64,000 bases of DNA from Zancudomyces culisetae HAW-14-8 (taxonomy: Eukaryota > Fungi > Kickxellomycota), in assembly GCA_052426225.1 (NCBI GenBank), contig JBNJNM010000021.1:496001-560000 (forward strand), given 5' to 3'. Positions 50,001 to 63,794 of the stretch are shown here, in pieces. Position 1 is the first letter of the stretch; each line of letters begins with the position of its first letter. The position numbers were made by a program, and so were the translations under genes. The notes below the pieces were generated by a model. It saw nothing but the letters and a program-made list of their open reading frames with translations, did not search any database and had not been told where the DNA came from.

Positions 50001-51103
50001 ATGTTCAAAGTACTGTTGTTTTTGGTTATATGTAACCTGCAATTCGTCTTCACTTTTGAAAATTATAAGCAGAGAAGACCGGAAATTCATCGCCCTGGCC
50101 ACTTATTGTATGAAAACCACAACTACAGATGCTTAACAGGAAATACAGATAAAAATATATTTAAAAGACAGAATCCCCCAATCAAGTCATGTCACCAATC
50201 ATCAAAAGATGCTGATAAATGTGATAGTCCAAAGCCCGGGCTGTTTATTCTTTCATACTCTTGGCACCAAAATGGTAGAACTGGAAACACAGGTATTCAT
50301 GGGCTATGGCCAACAGGATGGTAATATACGTTTTATTAATTAGTTCATAAATATACCCTTCATCTGATATAAATTAAACTATCTATTCACTATCTTTGAT
50401 CTGAAAAGGGGTTGATGCAATCAATGATTTTATTCATAAAGAATTTAAAATTTCATGTAAAAGTTTAATTATTGAAGTATTAAATGTAAATAGCTATGGA
50501 GAGGATGTACCAAGTCAGTACTGTAATGGAAATAATGTAGTCAGGAGTGTATGGAAAACTTTAGAAAATAGAAACAAGGATCTTCTTAGTGAAATGAAAA
50601 ACCTCATGCCAGGAAATTACCAGAAAGAGTCAGACGATGGCTTTTGGAGTCATGAATGGAACAAGCATGGTATCTGTTTTACTACAATTGATCCAGGCTG
50701 TCCCGAAGAAGGTCCTACAAAGGAGGACGCGATTGTAAAGTATTTTTCAAAGACTGTAGAGCTTGGAAAGAAGTATGACATTACCAACCTTCTCAATAGT
50801 TATGAAATTAAACATAAAAGTGAACTTCCTAAGTCTTCCAATTCTTATAAAAAGACCAATAATGGAAGGCAAGGATCCTCTTCATCAAGAGATAACCAGA
50901 ACGCCTTTTTAGGCGTAGATAAAATTATGGACAAAGTAAAAAAGGAATTTAATGTAAAGCCCGCCTTTATATGTGATAATAAAAAATTGATACAAATAAA
51001 TTTCCATTTTGTGGTTGAAGGTAAATACGACTTCATCCCGTCACCATTTCCTCCTTCCTATGCTCGCAAAAGCTGTGAAAACATTTTTTTCCGTAAATTA
51101 TGA
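50001..51103 (+). CDS. Secreted ribonuclease T2 family; exons 50001-50320 and 50494-51103
   Basis: Signal peptide MFKVLLFLVICNLQFVFT, CAS I IHGLWP and CAS II FWSHEWNKHGIC. Confidence 0.92.
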
Positions 51104-51809
51104 GGGTAATACTCATCCTCCTCCTATAATTTTAACACAAATATCAAATAAAAGTCAACATTATCAGCGTTTGTAGCTTCAGTCTTAGCCATTTAGTCAT
51201 TAGTTTTATAATTAAACAAAAATAAACATATATTGTTGCAATAAATAGTTGTAACTGTTTATCTGAGTTTTGTGATTACATTTAGAGCTATTAATACCTA
51301 TAATGTGCTGGCACCATGTGCGTGTTTAGTGACAGAGCCTCGGTTTTTACAAACTGTCCGTTATTTATTTTTTTTGAACTCATAAATAGTTAGAAGGTGA
51401 GACCTCATTTGTATATTTTTCAATGGCTTAAGGATATAAGGCTAAAATAGAAATGTTTTTAACTACATAAATGCCAACACCATTAACACGTTTTTATGTG
51501 GCCTTTATCGATACTCTTTATTTTAAAGTTCAACAAATTGCGTTTATATCATTTGATTTGCCATTTATATTTGCGCAAATGCGATTCATCAAATTGAGAA
51601 AGTCGGCAAAAACCAAAAAATAAAATAACAAAAAATAAAATAAATAGATGATCATGTATTCGATGTTTGCGTGGAAATAATATTTAATTACCACACGTAT
51701 AGGCATTAGCAACAAAAAAAATACTCATTTTTAGGTGGTAAACAAGATTCATATAGCTTTTTATTGTTTCTAAGAACTAGAAATAACTTGTTGAAATGGA
51801 AAGGCAAAG

Positions 51810-53072
51810 ATGAGTGGCGCCGAAAGAATGTTTGGACTACTAAGGGAAATCAATTTCTCTACATCCTCTAGTGTAAGTAAAAATAGCTATATTTCGAATT
51901 TCATTTTGTCCTGAATATAAAAACTACAACTGATAGGGGAAAAAACATAACTACTGAAGAGGTTTTTTTTCGAAGAGGGGGGGGGGAGAGAGATTTTGTG
52001 TATTTTCTTGTGTTTTAGAGCGATCGATGTGTACATACGGGTTCAATAAAGCTTATTTATGATTTTATAGGACGAAAAGAGTGGGCAAAGGTTGAACCAT
52101 ATTACTGGAATTGAGCTCATCGATACAGCTCTTCCAGCTTCGAAGGAGAGCGGTAGTAAAAACGAAAAGCAACTATTCTCTTTTTACGAAAAGCCAAAAA
52201 GCTCATGTATAGAGTTTATTGGAAACACAGGGTGTGGAAAAACGAAACTCTTATATACCATTATGATGAACAAGGTGTTTCCTGAATCACATAATTTTCA
52301 ATTAAAAGACAATAACGGCGATATTAGGGAAATTCCTGTCAGATTTGGGGGAGAAAACAAAGGGGTTATATTTATTGATTATCACGGTAAAAGCAGTTTT
52401 AATAACCTTGTGGAGTTTTTTGGAGCTCATGTACAAAAAAAACTAAGGTCTCAATATAAGGATAACTACTGCTCGAATATAAACATGGTAACTATCTATG
52501 AATTTGTTAGAAGTTTGCTCAAAAGTAAGGTTTACTTGTATTATCCAGAGACCTTCACCTCACTAATAGCCACCCTAGCGTGTATCCCCACCGAAATTAA
52601 GGAGGCACAAGCAACGCGCTTTGACACTATACTAATTGATGAAGTCGGATGCACAAACTTGATCGATAAAATCGAAAGCTCTTACTTAAAGAGCAGAGTT
52701 AAAGGCAATAATTCTACATCGGCTTGGTATAGAGCACAGAATGTGCTTGTGGAGACCATAAAAGAACTTATGCATAATCTAGGCGTGAATGTGGTGTGTA
52801 CCAACACCCCAATGTCAGTTTCACGCCCATCCACCACTGACCACAACGAGAGCGTTGTGTATAACTATGGTTCATACAGCTATACGATTAATGGTGTGGA
52901 TTACCTTGACCATATGATTCCTATGTATAGAGGGTTCCTAGACTGTACGTTTATTATTGAACCTGGTTCTCACATTAACCCTTTATCTACCGCAGTAGGG
53001 ATCAGCATGTTTATGGAAAATACAAAGCGGTTTATCGGACACATTGATGTATTAGGCGATTTTATATACTAG
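51810..53072 (+). CDS. XRCC2: Rad51 paralogue, XRCC2-like; exons 51810-51872 and 52071-53072
   Basis: TGIELID, Walker A GNTGCGKT, GGENKGVIFID and Walker B ILIDE. It lacks the Rad51 N-terminal helical domain. Confidence 0.75.
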
Positions 53073-53298
53073 ATGCCTTTATTGGCACAAATAAGAACAC
53101 CTGTCGCATAATCCCGTCATCAACTTTTACACGCCTTGCACAAAAAAACAGGCGATCATGTAACCTACACTAGAAAGCGTGTGGTGCTGCTTGTTTAATG
53201 TGTACGATAGACTAGACTTGTATATTTATATTTATATTTATTTACTCGCAGCCAATTGCAAGTATAAATCGGCCTCACATTCAAAATGAACTGACGGA

Positions 53299-55202
53299 TT
53301 AGTAAAAATCAACAACGTCGTCAATTCCAGTCATCTTATTTCCCAGAGCGGAGTCGCCGTGTTGGTATAAAGCTCTCGTAGCTATTTTGTTCACAAGGAG
53401 TTTGGAACGCAAAACGCAAGAGTTTACACTTGGACTTCCATATGCGGCACCACTAAAGAGCAGCTTTTCATCCCATGTCTCCAACCACGAGTTTAATTCA
53501 ACAAGCTCGTCATGATATCCAACATTGTATAGTGGGATGCAGTTTCTAGCAACACTGACAGACATATCCAGTGGCTGTTCGTGAATATTCAGGATATTTT
53601 TCATTGCAGTAAGAGCCTTTTCGGCTAGAACATCCTCAGATAGATCAGCAGGCGTTCTAAATTTTTGATCAAACATAGGCCCTCCCATCATGACAGTAAA
53701 CCTAGATATGTCCGAGCCTCTGTCTTGTTCGGGGAGACACTGTGAATCAAATACCACGCCAATGACATCAGTGCTCTCCCACGCATCACGCGGAACCAAA
53801 AAGCCGAACCCACGGTATGGGATCGGGTTAATCCCCTTATATGCGATATTTACGACAACTACACTCGAGTACTTTGTATTGAAGATTGAGGGTAGCTTCT
53901 CATCTTCGAATAACTTTCCAGATACATTTACAGGAATTGTGTTTATAGTAATACCAGATTCAAGAGTCCGACCAGATTTCAGAGTTATGTCTATGGTCTG
54001 GCGTGCAGTTCAAGTAGATTATTATTAGATGCATGTCATGTTCAATAGGTGAAAGAACAAAATGAAAAAGGAAGAAACGCATGGCCACTTACATTGTCTT
54101 TGGGTCTAGATATTTTGGTACATGGATCATCAGTTATAAACTCCACATTTTTATGAGTTTGCAAGTTTGATTTGATGGAATCGGTCAGGGTTTGAATTCC
54201 GTTCCTAAACGAAATGATGCTCGACTTTTCTATTTTTCCCCAAAACTCTGGATTTCTTTTGATACGTGCATTCCACTCCTCTTTATCCTCCTCAATACAA
54301 TCTTTGACATATTTATTCTTGCTTATTTTTGCCTCCATCTCCTGCTTTGCTTTGTTTAGTCCTGTTAATATTTTTCCCGAAATTTGTTCGGAGCGCCAGA
54401 GGTTGTTAAGAATAATTTTGGCGCTTAGCTCACTGCTATTGCCTGCATAAATTCCGGCTAATACGGCAGAAATCAATCTATCGTCCAATCTTGTATCAAG
54501 CCTTCTTCCTAAAAACTCGGAGATAGACTCGTCAGTTACCTTTGTGTTGGTGTTTCTCGGGGTAAATAAGTCTTTTACAATCGATGAAAATATTGGCCTG
54601 ACTGGTGCACTAAATCTGGTAAACAAATGGCTTGGGCTTGCCGGCAGAGAACAGATCTTGTTGTTGTAGTATATAAATCTGTTTTTTGAAGCTGGTGCTG
54701 ATTTGGGACAAAAGATGACCTCGTCATACAGATTTAGCTCTTCTATCTATAAAGTTTTAGTTAAATTTTGTACGATTAAAACAACGGTAAATAAGATAAA
54801 ATAAACCTCATTCGGTATACATAAAGCATGATGGCCTAACTCGATGGTTTTATGCACAATATACCAAGTGTGAGAGGAGGGGGGATTTGTACCAGATGAA
54901 GACAAAACAAAAAAAGACGTAGGTTAGCTTACCAATTCAAAAACAGAGCGTGATTCCATCGTGTTTGAAACTCGAAGCGTCCTGGGTCCCTTTTCTGTAA
55001 GGATTGTTGAACCATATCCAAGCTCTTTTTTTTCAGAGCGGATCCATCCACCTAATCTATTTGTTGCCTCAACTAAATATATAGCTGGCTTTTTATCGCC
55101 TTCAGATGAACCAAGCCTCTTTGCGAGGTTCCATGCAGAGGACAATCCAGAAATCCCGCCCCCCAGTACAGTGTAGACTGGCTTTATTCCTTGAATCGAC
55201 AT
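53299..55202 (-). CDS. HEM14: Protoporphyrinogen oxidase; exons 55202-54933, 54746-54093, 53997-53299
   Basis: VLGGGISGL FAD motif, RLGGWIRS, EKGPRTLR, GIYAG, GFGFLVP, TVMMGG and CIPLYNVG. Confidence 0.95.
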
Positions 55203-55938
55203 TTACAAGTACTTTCTCTCTACTATGCTCTTTGCTACTTGTCAAAGTTATGAGATGAAATTCAAAATCTGTTTGTGTATATTATCTTGAACAACAAACA
55301 CAATTTTTTTGTTTGGCGATTTAAGGATTTTATATCTGTGAATAGTTATGATGGTGGTTCTTTATGCTTAAATCACTGGAAATGTATTACTTCCACAATG
55401 TTGTGTGCCTGTTTGAATGTCTGGTTTTTCTTTGGCAGAGTTTTTTTGCTCATAAAACATGATTTCAAGGCTTGTAATCCGATTTGCCGAGAAGGAAGAA
55501 AAAATCAACCCATCAAAATGAAACGAGACGGCAATTGAAAAATAAAAGTGGAGTGTTGGCTGGGTCTCAATTCGCAGCATTTAGTTATAGCAGATACACC
55601 CTTTAAATGGGGGGGGGGCGTGCTGAAGCGTCTTACAAACTCAACATTCGTATTTTTGAGCCACTAAGGATGTTGCCAATCACAGATACCAGATGCAGAT
55701 GGTAGTGTAAATACGTCAGCGTTAGTAATTAGACTTTCTATATAGAAATATAAAGCCCGACTCATCAACACCAAGACTGCAAAGTACACAGTAAAATTTT
55801 CAATTATGTATACAGGTTGCTGCTATTTCTCTTAAACCAGGCGCACAACCTAAAAGCAAGTTATTAACCACTTTTTTTGTTTTATTTTTGTTTTGTTTTT
55901 TTGAGCAAGATTTAAACTAGGATATAACGAAACTAGTG

Positions 55939-58325
55939 TTAAGTATGCGAAGGGTTGGAAGACCGATCAATAGGCAATGGCTGTATGTGGCCATCGGATG
56001 CAGTATTTCCACTAGGCATTTGTTCAAACCGTGGCCTGTAACCTGGATGCATATCATAAACCGGAGAAGATAATAGGTGTGGGGAAATGTAGTCAGGTGA
56101 TGCATAACCAGAAGTGCCGAGATCTGTTGCGGACATGTTTGTAGGTGAACCATAACCGATTACTGCATAGCCTCCGTTATACGGGGAACCGGGAGCATGC
56201 GCTACATGCTGTCCGTTGTAAACAGGTATGGGCGAGGCAAACATGGGTGATAGAATTGGGCTTTGTGCAGATCTATAAAGAGGGGGTGAAATATACCCGG
56301 GGTGGGCTACCATGCCAGTTGGAGAGGAATATCCTGATTGGGTGACATATTTAGGAGAAGAGTATACCGGTGATCCAAATCTAACTGCGTGCGGTGATCG
56401 CGGCATAATACCCATATTAGACACAAATGCCTGTTCATTGTTGCTATGTTAAGAAATATTTAAGTTAAAATGATGTTGGATATTCAATTGTTCAGTAGCT
56501 TCTCATATTACTTTAGAATTCTTTGTATAAACACAAGCAAAATTATATAGAGAATAAATATACCTTTCTTGAGTGGTATCAGGAAATTGAATTGGAGGAA
56601 GTGTGGAGGGAGGTGAGTGATAAATCAGCATGGGACCCCAGTATACTGGCGGGCTTGTTGATACGCTCTATGGATTTTTTTTTTAAAAAAAGAAGGGTGT
56701 TTATATTCAACAGAGTGTTTTAGTGGTGTTTAGAATAAATAAATTAATGGATTAACATATTTCTGTATTTGAATTAACCACTATGTATAGTTAGTGCGGA
56801 TCTGTAAACATAACAGAGAACGAAAATGGGTTATCAAGTAACAAGAACTTTGTGTGGTACTTACAGCTCTACTATATTCCACCCTTTTCATTTTTTTTTG
56901 AGTGACAGAATCAGCAAATCGTAGTTTTAGGGGGGTTTTGGACCCAGGAATTAATTTCGCATTGAATTTGTCTATAGTCTTTTGAGCTACTTCTCTATTT
57001 TCCATTCTATTATTTTTTTCGAAAAAAAAAGTATGAGTACATTAAAACTTTTTCTTTGTACAAAATTGATATATAGACATTTATTTTTTACCTGGCAAAC
57101 CCAACCCTTCTACTTTTTCCATTATCATCTCGAAGAATCCGAGTTGAAACAGCTTGGTACGGATGAAACAATTTAATTAAATCCTACATCATTAAATACA
57201 AAGTTACACAGGAATGAAAAGGTATTGAAATGCAGCGAGTTACAGATATAGTGATGATGGTGGTCGTGAATAGTGGAAGTAAATCGTATTATTTGTATAT
57301 ATTGGTTTAGAATCAACCTACCGATTCACTCATATATTCGGGAATATTTGATATATAAATATTTGTTGTATTCGAATCCTGGTAATCCTTCAATCTTGCT
57401 TTGAATGTATCCTTTTGCGTCGTTTTTGGTGATTTAATATACACATTTTTTAATTAATATATTCTAGTCATAGGTTGACATTATAAATTACGATAACAGT
57501 ATCCAAGATCAACTAGCGACTACAAAGAGAAGACAATGGAATCCTTGTTATGAAAAATAAAACAACTTACTTTTGCAAAGGCTGCCTGATAACCCAACTC
57601 ATTCAATTCTTTTATTGCCGCTCTGGCCACCTCTTGCTTTTTATACATCGCAAAACCATATCCTTTACATTGTCCGGTAACCTCGTTTAATATTGCCTTT
57701 GATGAGATTACAGTCCCAAAACTAGTATATTTATCAGTATTATTTACACATATTTGTAATATATGATATTATAGACCGAAAAAAGAAGAGAAGAGAGAGA
57801 ATCGGGGGTGATAAAAAACAACTACAGATATGATGCGGTCCTGTTCTTTCGTTAATGGTGTGTAAAGTAAATACGACACTTACCGTGAAACTAAGATAAA
57901 GAGTTCTTCATCTGTACATGTTGGTGATAATCCTCTTATATATATATTTTTGTCATGGTGTTCTTTGGCTATGTTTAGTTGACAAAGAGTGTTAGTATAG
58001 TATAGTATTGGCTTTGATGTAGAATGTCGATATGCATCCTGGTTAATACTTATTGTTCTGATAAAAATGAACCGTCAATAAAGTCTTTAAATGTTTTTTA
58101 GATATATTTAACACCAGATACTTCTATCACCCTCGCCATTTAACTCTGACTCTTTTCATTTTAAATAAAAAAAAGTCATATCACAAAAATGCAAGAACCA
58201 CACTCACATTCGGTTGATTGATTGGATTTCCACTCATCGCTTTGGAAGTATTCATTCGAGTCGCCCGATAAAATCTGTTCTATTCCTTCTCGATGCTGTG
58301 TACCAGATACTGAATCTCGAAGCAT
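55939..58325 (-). CDS. Two-RRM RNA-binding protein of the Spo5/RBMS (MSSP) type, multi-exon, with a Y/S/P-rich C-terminal tail
   Basis: NIYIRGL...FGTVISSKAILNEVTGQCKGYGF...GYQAAFAK/DTFKARLKDYQDSNTTNIYISNIP...SRRVGFA/RM...LKLRFADSVTQKKMK. The 5' exons are less certain. Confidence 0.85.
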
Positions 58326-61050
58326 TTTAAGATTCGGGTTATATGTATTTTGTTTTAAAGTTTATAGCCAATTTGTGCTTTTGTGTTTTTTCCTCAGAAA
58401 CTAGTGGTTCCGATTTTTTTTTTCAAGTCTGGTATCTTTTAAGGTTTAGTTAGCTCTAGTCGGGAGAGAGTGTGTATGAGGAGAGGGAAGATTTAACTAG
58501 ACTACAAATATTACTCTTGTGTTATACTTAGGTAACTGTACATTCAAATCTGTTGTTGTGGCTGCCGCCGGTTGGACCTGTATTTTTTTTTGAGATAGTT
58601 ATTTTCCATCCTTTGAAAAGAGAAAAATAAAGTGAGTAAAAAAGACACCAAGAATATTCAAGTCTTTTTTATAAACTCGCCTCCCTTTACATTACATTAC
58701 TGTAGCTCTAACCACATACAGACGGAGTCGTCATTTGGGTTAATTCAACTTGAAAAAAATGCAATTGCCCTTTTTTTTTGTAACTCTAATTCAACTAATA
58801 CTAAGTTTCAATTTTTACAAATCTATTGAGCTTTTAGCAAATTCGTCTATTTAAAAGTTATCAAATCTGTGCACCTATGCATTATAGATATTTTTGCGAT
58901 TTGCTTTTTTTATCCTGGAATAACGGGTTTTGAAATTTCGATTCCATATTTCCTAAACTAAAAGCTGGTTAAGTATACTGAGGCCAATCTAAAAACAAAA
59001 TATCAAGTTTAGTGGGCTTATGAATCAAGGAAAAAGGGAGGGCAGGGTTTTCGAAAGAGGTTGCTTTAAACAAAACTGAATTCTACTACTGTCTTCTGAT
59101 TCTTGGGTTAGTTGCCGCTTAATTGGATGTAGTATTGATCAGCGATTTGTAATAGTTTATTTCTTTTAGTTAAGATTTTTGTTTGATTTACCTAAACTCA
59201 TCATACTATCCCTAAATTAGAACCCTAACCTTGTTGACATCAACAAAAGAAAAAAAAGCTATAGTTTATGGTCACACTTTTCAAAAAAAAAAAAAACAGC
59301 TGCATTCAAAGTTTGGCTGATTTAGCCCATCCTGCATTTAGAGAGAGTTTCCCAACAATTTTTCCGAGAGAAAACAATAAATACATAGCGGAGCATTTTT
59401 GCTGTCTGAACACTTTTATACTGAAATAAAATAGGCTTCATCATGCTCATACTGGTGGATCTCTTGTTTTGTGTTTGATTTTTACAAGTCAAAGAGGCTT
59501 GTATCGTGCTACATTGTAAAGCACCCTTATTTATTTTTATACTATGTGATAGTAGGACGGTAATTTCATCAATACAGCAGTTTATATAAAGCCTCATGAA
59601 TAACCCTAGCTACATCTCTCCCTCCATCTATATGTCATTTAGTTTTAATAATCCCTTCTGAATAGTTCATCAAGAGTAAAAACGAGACAAAATAAAATGT
59701 GAGTGGTACAGCTTCTGGACTTATATTTTCTTAGTGCCTATACTATTGTTACCTATATTTGATAATTAAAGTGAATGTATACGAAAAGAGTTAAGAAATA
59801 AAACAAGATTTTTGATAATTTGCGACTATTTACTGAAAATAAAGCTGCTGGAAGCAATCTTGATTGGGAAACATAGTTGTTAAAACCACTAATTTAGACG
59901 CACCACTAAAAAGAAAATAATAAGACTGATTTTGCACAAAAAAAACTATTGACGTTTTGTAATTAACGTTTTCTGTGTACCATTTGTACTTATTCTGGAA
60001 AAAGCATAAAACTTTACAAGTAATGCTACAAAGCTAAAAAGCACACAGTATGGTTAACTAGGTGACTTGTATTAGGTGAGCAAGACGATGCCATAGAAAG
60101 CATGTTCGTATAGCGTGTTGCCTAAGCCTACCATTGCCATTAGAGTTTCATTTGTACTACTCAAAATTCTGGTGATTGTTGATAGGATGAAAACAATCGT
60201 GTAAGCACATGATTTATACCAATAAATACAGGGCAAGTGGGAAAGTCCTGAAAATCACCCCAGGTATCACAAGAAAAGGAAAAGTGCTGTTTTGGAAACT
60301 TTGTTGGAAAAAAAAAGCAGGAATATACGGACATTAAGTATGTATGCAGTTTGGTGGTGTTAAAAAGATTAATATATCCCACTTTGGAGATCACCACGCC
60401 ACTGTTCGGCAATATAAGTTTACACACTTTTTTAAGATTTTAGATTGGTTTCGTCCTTTAGGAAACTAGTAGTGTTATTATCTCTCGATATTGATTCGCT
60501 TTTGCAGGAGATAAAAAAACAAAGGTTTACTCCGAGTAGTTTATATGGATTTTTTAATGGCAAAAAAAATGAATGTCAAGATCAGAAATACCTTTTTCCA
60601 AGCCAAACTGTTTTGTTGTTACGCGGAAACAAAAAATGGTCGCATATATATTAATATGCAACGACACGCAAATATGAGCTATTTAAATCGTTAAGCTACT
60701 ATAGGTAAGTTTTTGATTAAGGGCGTTTTGAATTACAGACGGATTTTTGATTGTCGTTTTATTTTATTTTATTTTTCATTTTCATTCTCATTTTCATTTT
60801 GTTAGGTTTGAATTCGTGATACATAAAAAATAGGGATGGGAATAGGGAAAGGAATGAGGTGGGTAGTGTTCTTTTCTCAACTAAATAAAGAAATGTATAG
60901 GTTTTATTAACATCTATACTATTTCCATACTATATATTTTGAGAGTTTACTTGGTTTATTTTGTTTGTTTTTAAGTTATCTGGGCTGTCTCGTTGGTCTA
61001 AGTTGGTTTACTAGTTAATTATAAATTTATCCACAAAATATGCATACGCT

Positions 61051-61103
61051 TATACGCACATGCATATACACACGTACATGCGCATGCACATGCACATACA
61101 TAT
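61051..61103. repeat. 53-nt perfectly alternating pyrimidine/purine tract
   Basis: tatacgcacatgcatatacacacgtacatgcgcatgcacatgcacatacatat. Confidence 0.85.
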
Positions 61104-62348
61104 CTATATTTGTATGTTTTACACAAATTAGCAAAATAAAATGTAACCCAATTTTCTCTCACCACCCATTAAAACTTTGAAAAATATAGAAACAGAGTCT
61201 GTTCGAATTGGGTGTTTTGGCCCCATTTGAGACATGTAGTATAACTTTTTTGGTTTTGGTTTACATACATTGGTGCCTAAAGTAAATGAGTGGAGTGATG
61301 GTTTATTTCCTTTTGAGTTGATGATTCTCTCAAAATAGCAATAGCAATAGTAATGATAATAAAATCAGCTGTTAATTACAAAAATTTTAGCTTATTCCCA
61401 GGTCCTGAAACCCGAGTTACTCACCAACCATGAAAACCACATTAGACAGGTCAAGAAGAGCGTTTGACTTGAATGTAGTACAGTCTTTGAAAGCAACCGC
61501 CTAGAAGTGAAGAATACAGACACTTGCAACTAATAATAAGGATATTGGTGTTTACTTTGTGACTTCTATTAGCAAAACATAACAAAAATCGCACAAATGT
61601 ATAGCTAGCCCACACACATCCATTTCATAAAACCATAAGCAAAAAATAAGATAACGTAAAATAAAATAAAATAAAATACTGTACTCATCAAAGCTAACCC
61701 AGTTCACAAAAAGTCTATTTTTATACACAAATCAACATGCTAAATACACCTTGATTTACATTTTCATCACGCAAGAGTTGAAGGGTAGCAAAAGTAATGC
61801 TAATGGGGGTAAACTTATTAAATTATACGTTATAACGTATGTTTGCCGACAACATAACAGGTATACAGAGAGAAGTAGCAACGATGAATTGAGTTGTTTA
61901 TACTCAAGTGACTCTGTTTGGTACCTGGTATTTTCAAATTTTTGGGTAATCCCTGGGAAAAGTTACAAGAAAAATTGTAGTAATAAATAAATACCGAGGG
62001 TTCACATGTAATCATAAAACAATTTGGCCAAAGTGATGTTTTTTACTAAAATTTGTAGATGACCTCGGTATTCAGAGTTAGGCGGGTTAGTTGAGGAATA
62101 TCGAATCAACCAATAAAAGGTGTTTTTTCAGGTTTAGACAAAGAAAAAAATACGGAAAAGCATGATCCCTCTTTTCGTGTTTTTTTTTGTCATTAGACTT
62201 TTTTTTTAATGGATTTTTAGATTTAATGTAGTATTTACATATTTAGTTGCTAGTATAATAAATATTTACAAGTAAAATACTAAAATAAACATAAAAACTT
62301 GTAGAATCAAAATCAAAGCAGCATACATAATTCCTGCAAGTTATAAAG

Positions 62349-63577
62349 ATGAGTATAAAGGGTACAAGGCGAATGAAGGTAAATAGCAACAATATCTATT
62401 ATTTATAAATTTTTATTGTTGAATATTATCATCAAATTTGAAAAAAGCTGAGAATTCCACAATTCAATGAAAAAATATTACACCAATCTACAACACCCTC
62501 AAAGAATGAAAAGAAATGTTAACGAGTAACTAAATAAGAATAAACTCTATAATAGGGAGTGGTCATAAGCAGACCGATTATATATGGAAACATAGCAACC
62601 GAAATCGTGCCAAAAAAATCAGATCATACACATTCTTGGACAGTATTTGTGAAGGCGGCTGATGGAACAGATTTGAGTCATATTATTAGCAAAGTGGAGA
62701 TTAAATTACACGAGACATTTGTAAATAGCAATAGAGGTAAACGATTACGAGTTACATTTCAAGAATACATGAATTATTCTTTTTTCAAGCCATTTTAATA
62801 CTAAGTTTTAAAAGTAAAAAATAAACAAATTCTGAAACTAAAAGTGATATATGTTTATATATATGGCGATAAATAGTAATAAAAAATCCACCGTTTCAAG
62901 TATCAGAAACCGGTTGGGGCGAATTCGAAGTGATAATCAAAATATCTTTCCCGCCGTGTTCAGGAGAAAAACAAATCTCGTTATACCATATGCTGAAACT
63001 GTATCCACCAGCCATACCGTCACCTTCTGGTGGAGGGTCACAAAAGGATACACAGGGATTGGCATTACAAGCATCGCATCAGGCAGCAGCGACATCTGCG
63101 GCGGCGTCTGCAGGATCGGCGGGTGTATCGCAAGGTTCTGGGGGGTTTGGAGGTGATACAGTCAAGGGATCGAGTTACTGGCCTAAGGGAAAGCCGGTAT
63201 ACAATATATTTTATGATGAACTGGTAAGAAGAAAGAAAGAAAAAAGTATATATTCATGTGAATTGAGGATGATTTTAGTTTTATGGTATTAATGAGATTT
63301 GGTGGTGGCGGATTATGTTTTATAGGTTTTTAGTGATCCTACACCAGAATTTTACGAGTTACTGACCAAGAATAAGAGTCCAGGAATTCCGAAAAAGATC
63401 AGTAATGAACATCCATACAGTTTGGAACTTGAAGTCAAAGAAGCCAAGGCATTAGACGAAGCTATTGAAAAGACCAAAGAGTTATTGCGTGAATATCAAC
63501 TGCAATTGGATGTTATGGACAAGAAAGTCTCGCAGCTGAATCGCGAGATTGTAGAGTTGGAAAAACATCAACGATAA
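62349..63577 (+). CDS. YAF9: YEATS-domain NuA4/SWR1 subunit Yaf9; exons 62349-62378, 62556-62736, 62877-63223, 63326-63577
   Basis: [51 protein letters not shown] and a C-terminal coiled coil. Confidence 0.95.
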
Positions 63578-63794
63578 AAATAGAGTTTTTTTAGCCAGTT
63601 TTTTTTAGTATATTGAGATATTTATATAATGAGTAGGTGTGAAAAAAAAAGGAAAAGAAAAGAAAAGAAAAGATAAAATAGAGGAAATCAAGAGAGACTA
63701 AAAAGAAAACAGGTGTTTGTTGTATTTTTAAAAAAGCCAAATAAAAATAAAGGAAATAAAATAAAATGAAATAAAATGAGAGAAAAAAAAAGGA

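Noticed and set aside
43586-55202. Macrodomain-catalase-RNase T2-XRCC2-HEM14 as an oxidative-stress/heme/repair cluster
   Set aside because: Unrelated housekeeping families, mixed orientation, no shared motif seen and no sirtuin partner. Synteny across genera would be needed.
57407-57667. GTATCCTT/ATATCCTT U12-donor-like strings (also at ~16016)
   Set aside because: They are antisense to coding sequence or to ordinary U2 splice sites of minus-strand genes.
59139-59204. Minus-strand ATGATGA...CTGA pair (possible C/D snoRNA)
   Set aside because: No convincing rRNA complementarity next to the D box and an A-rich interior.
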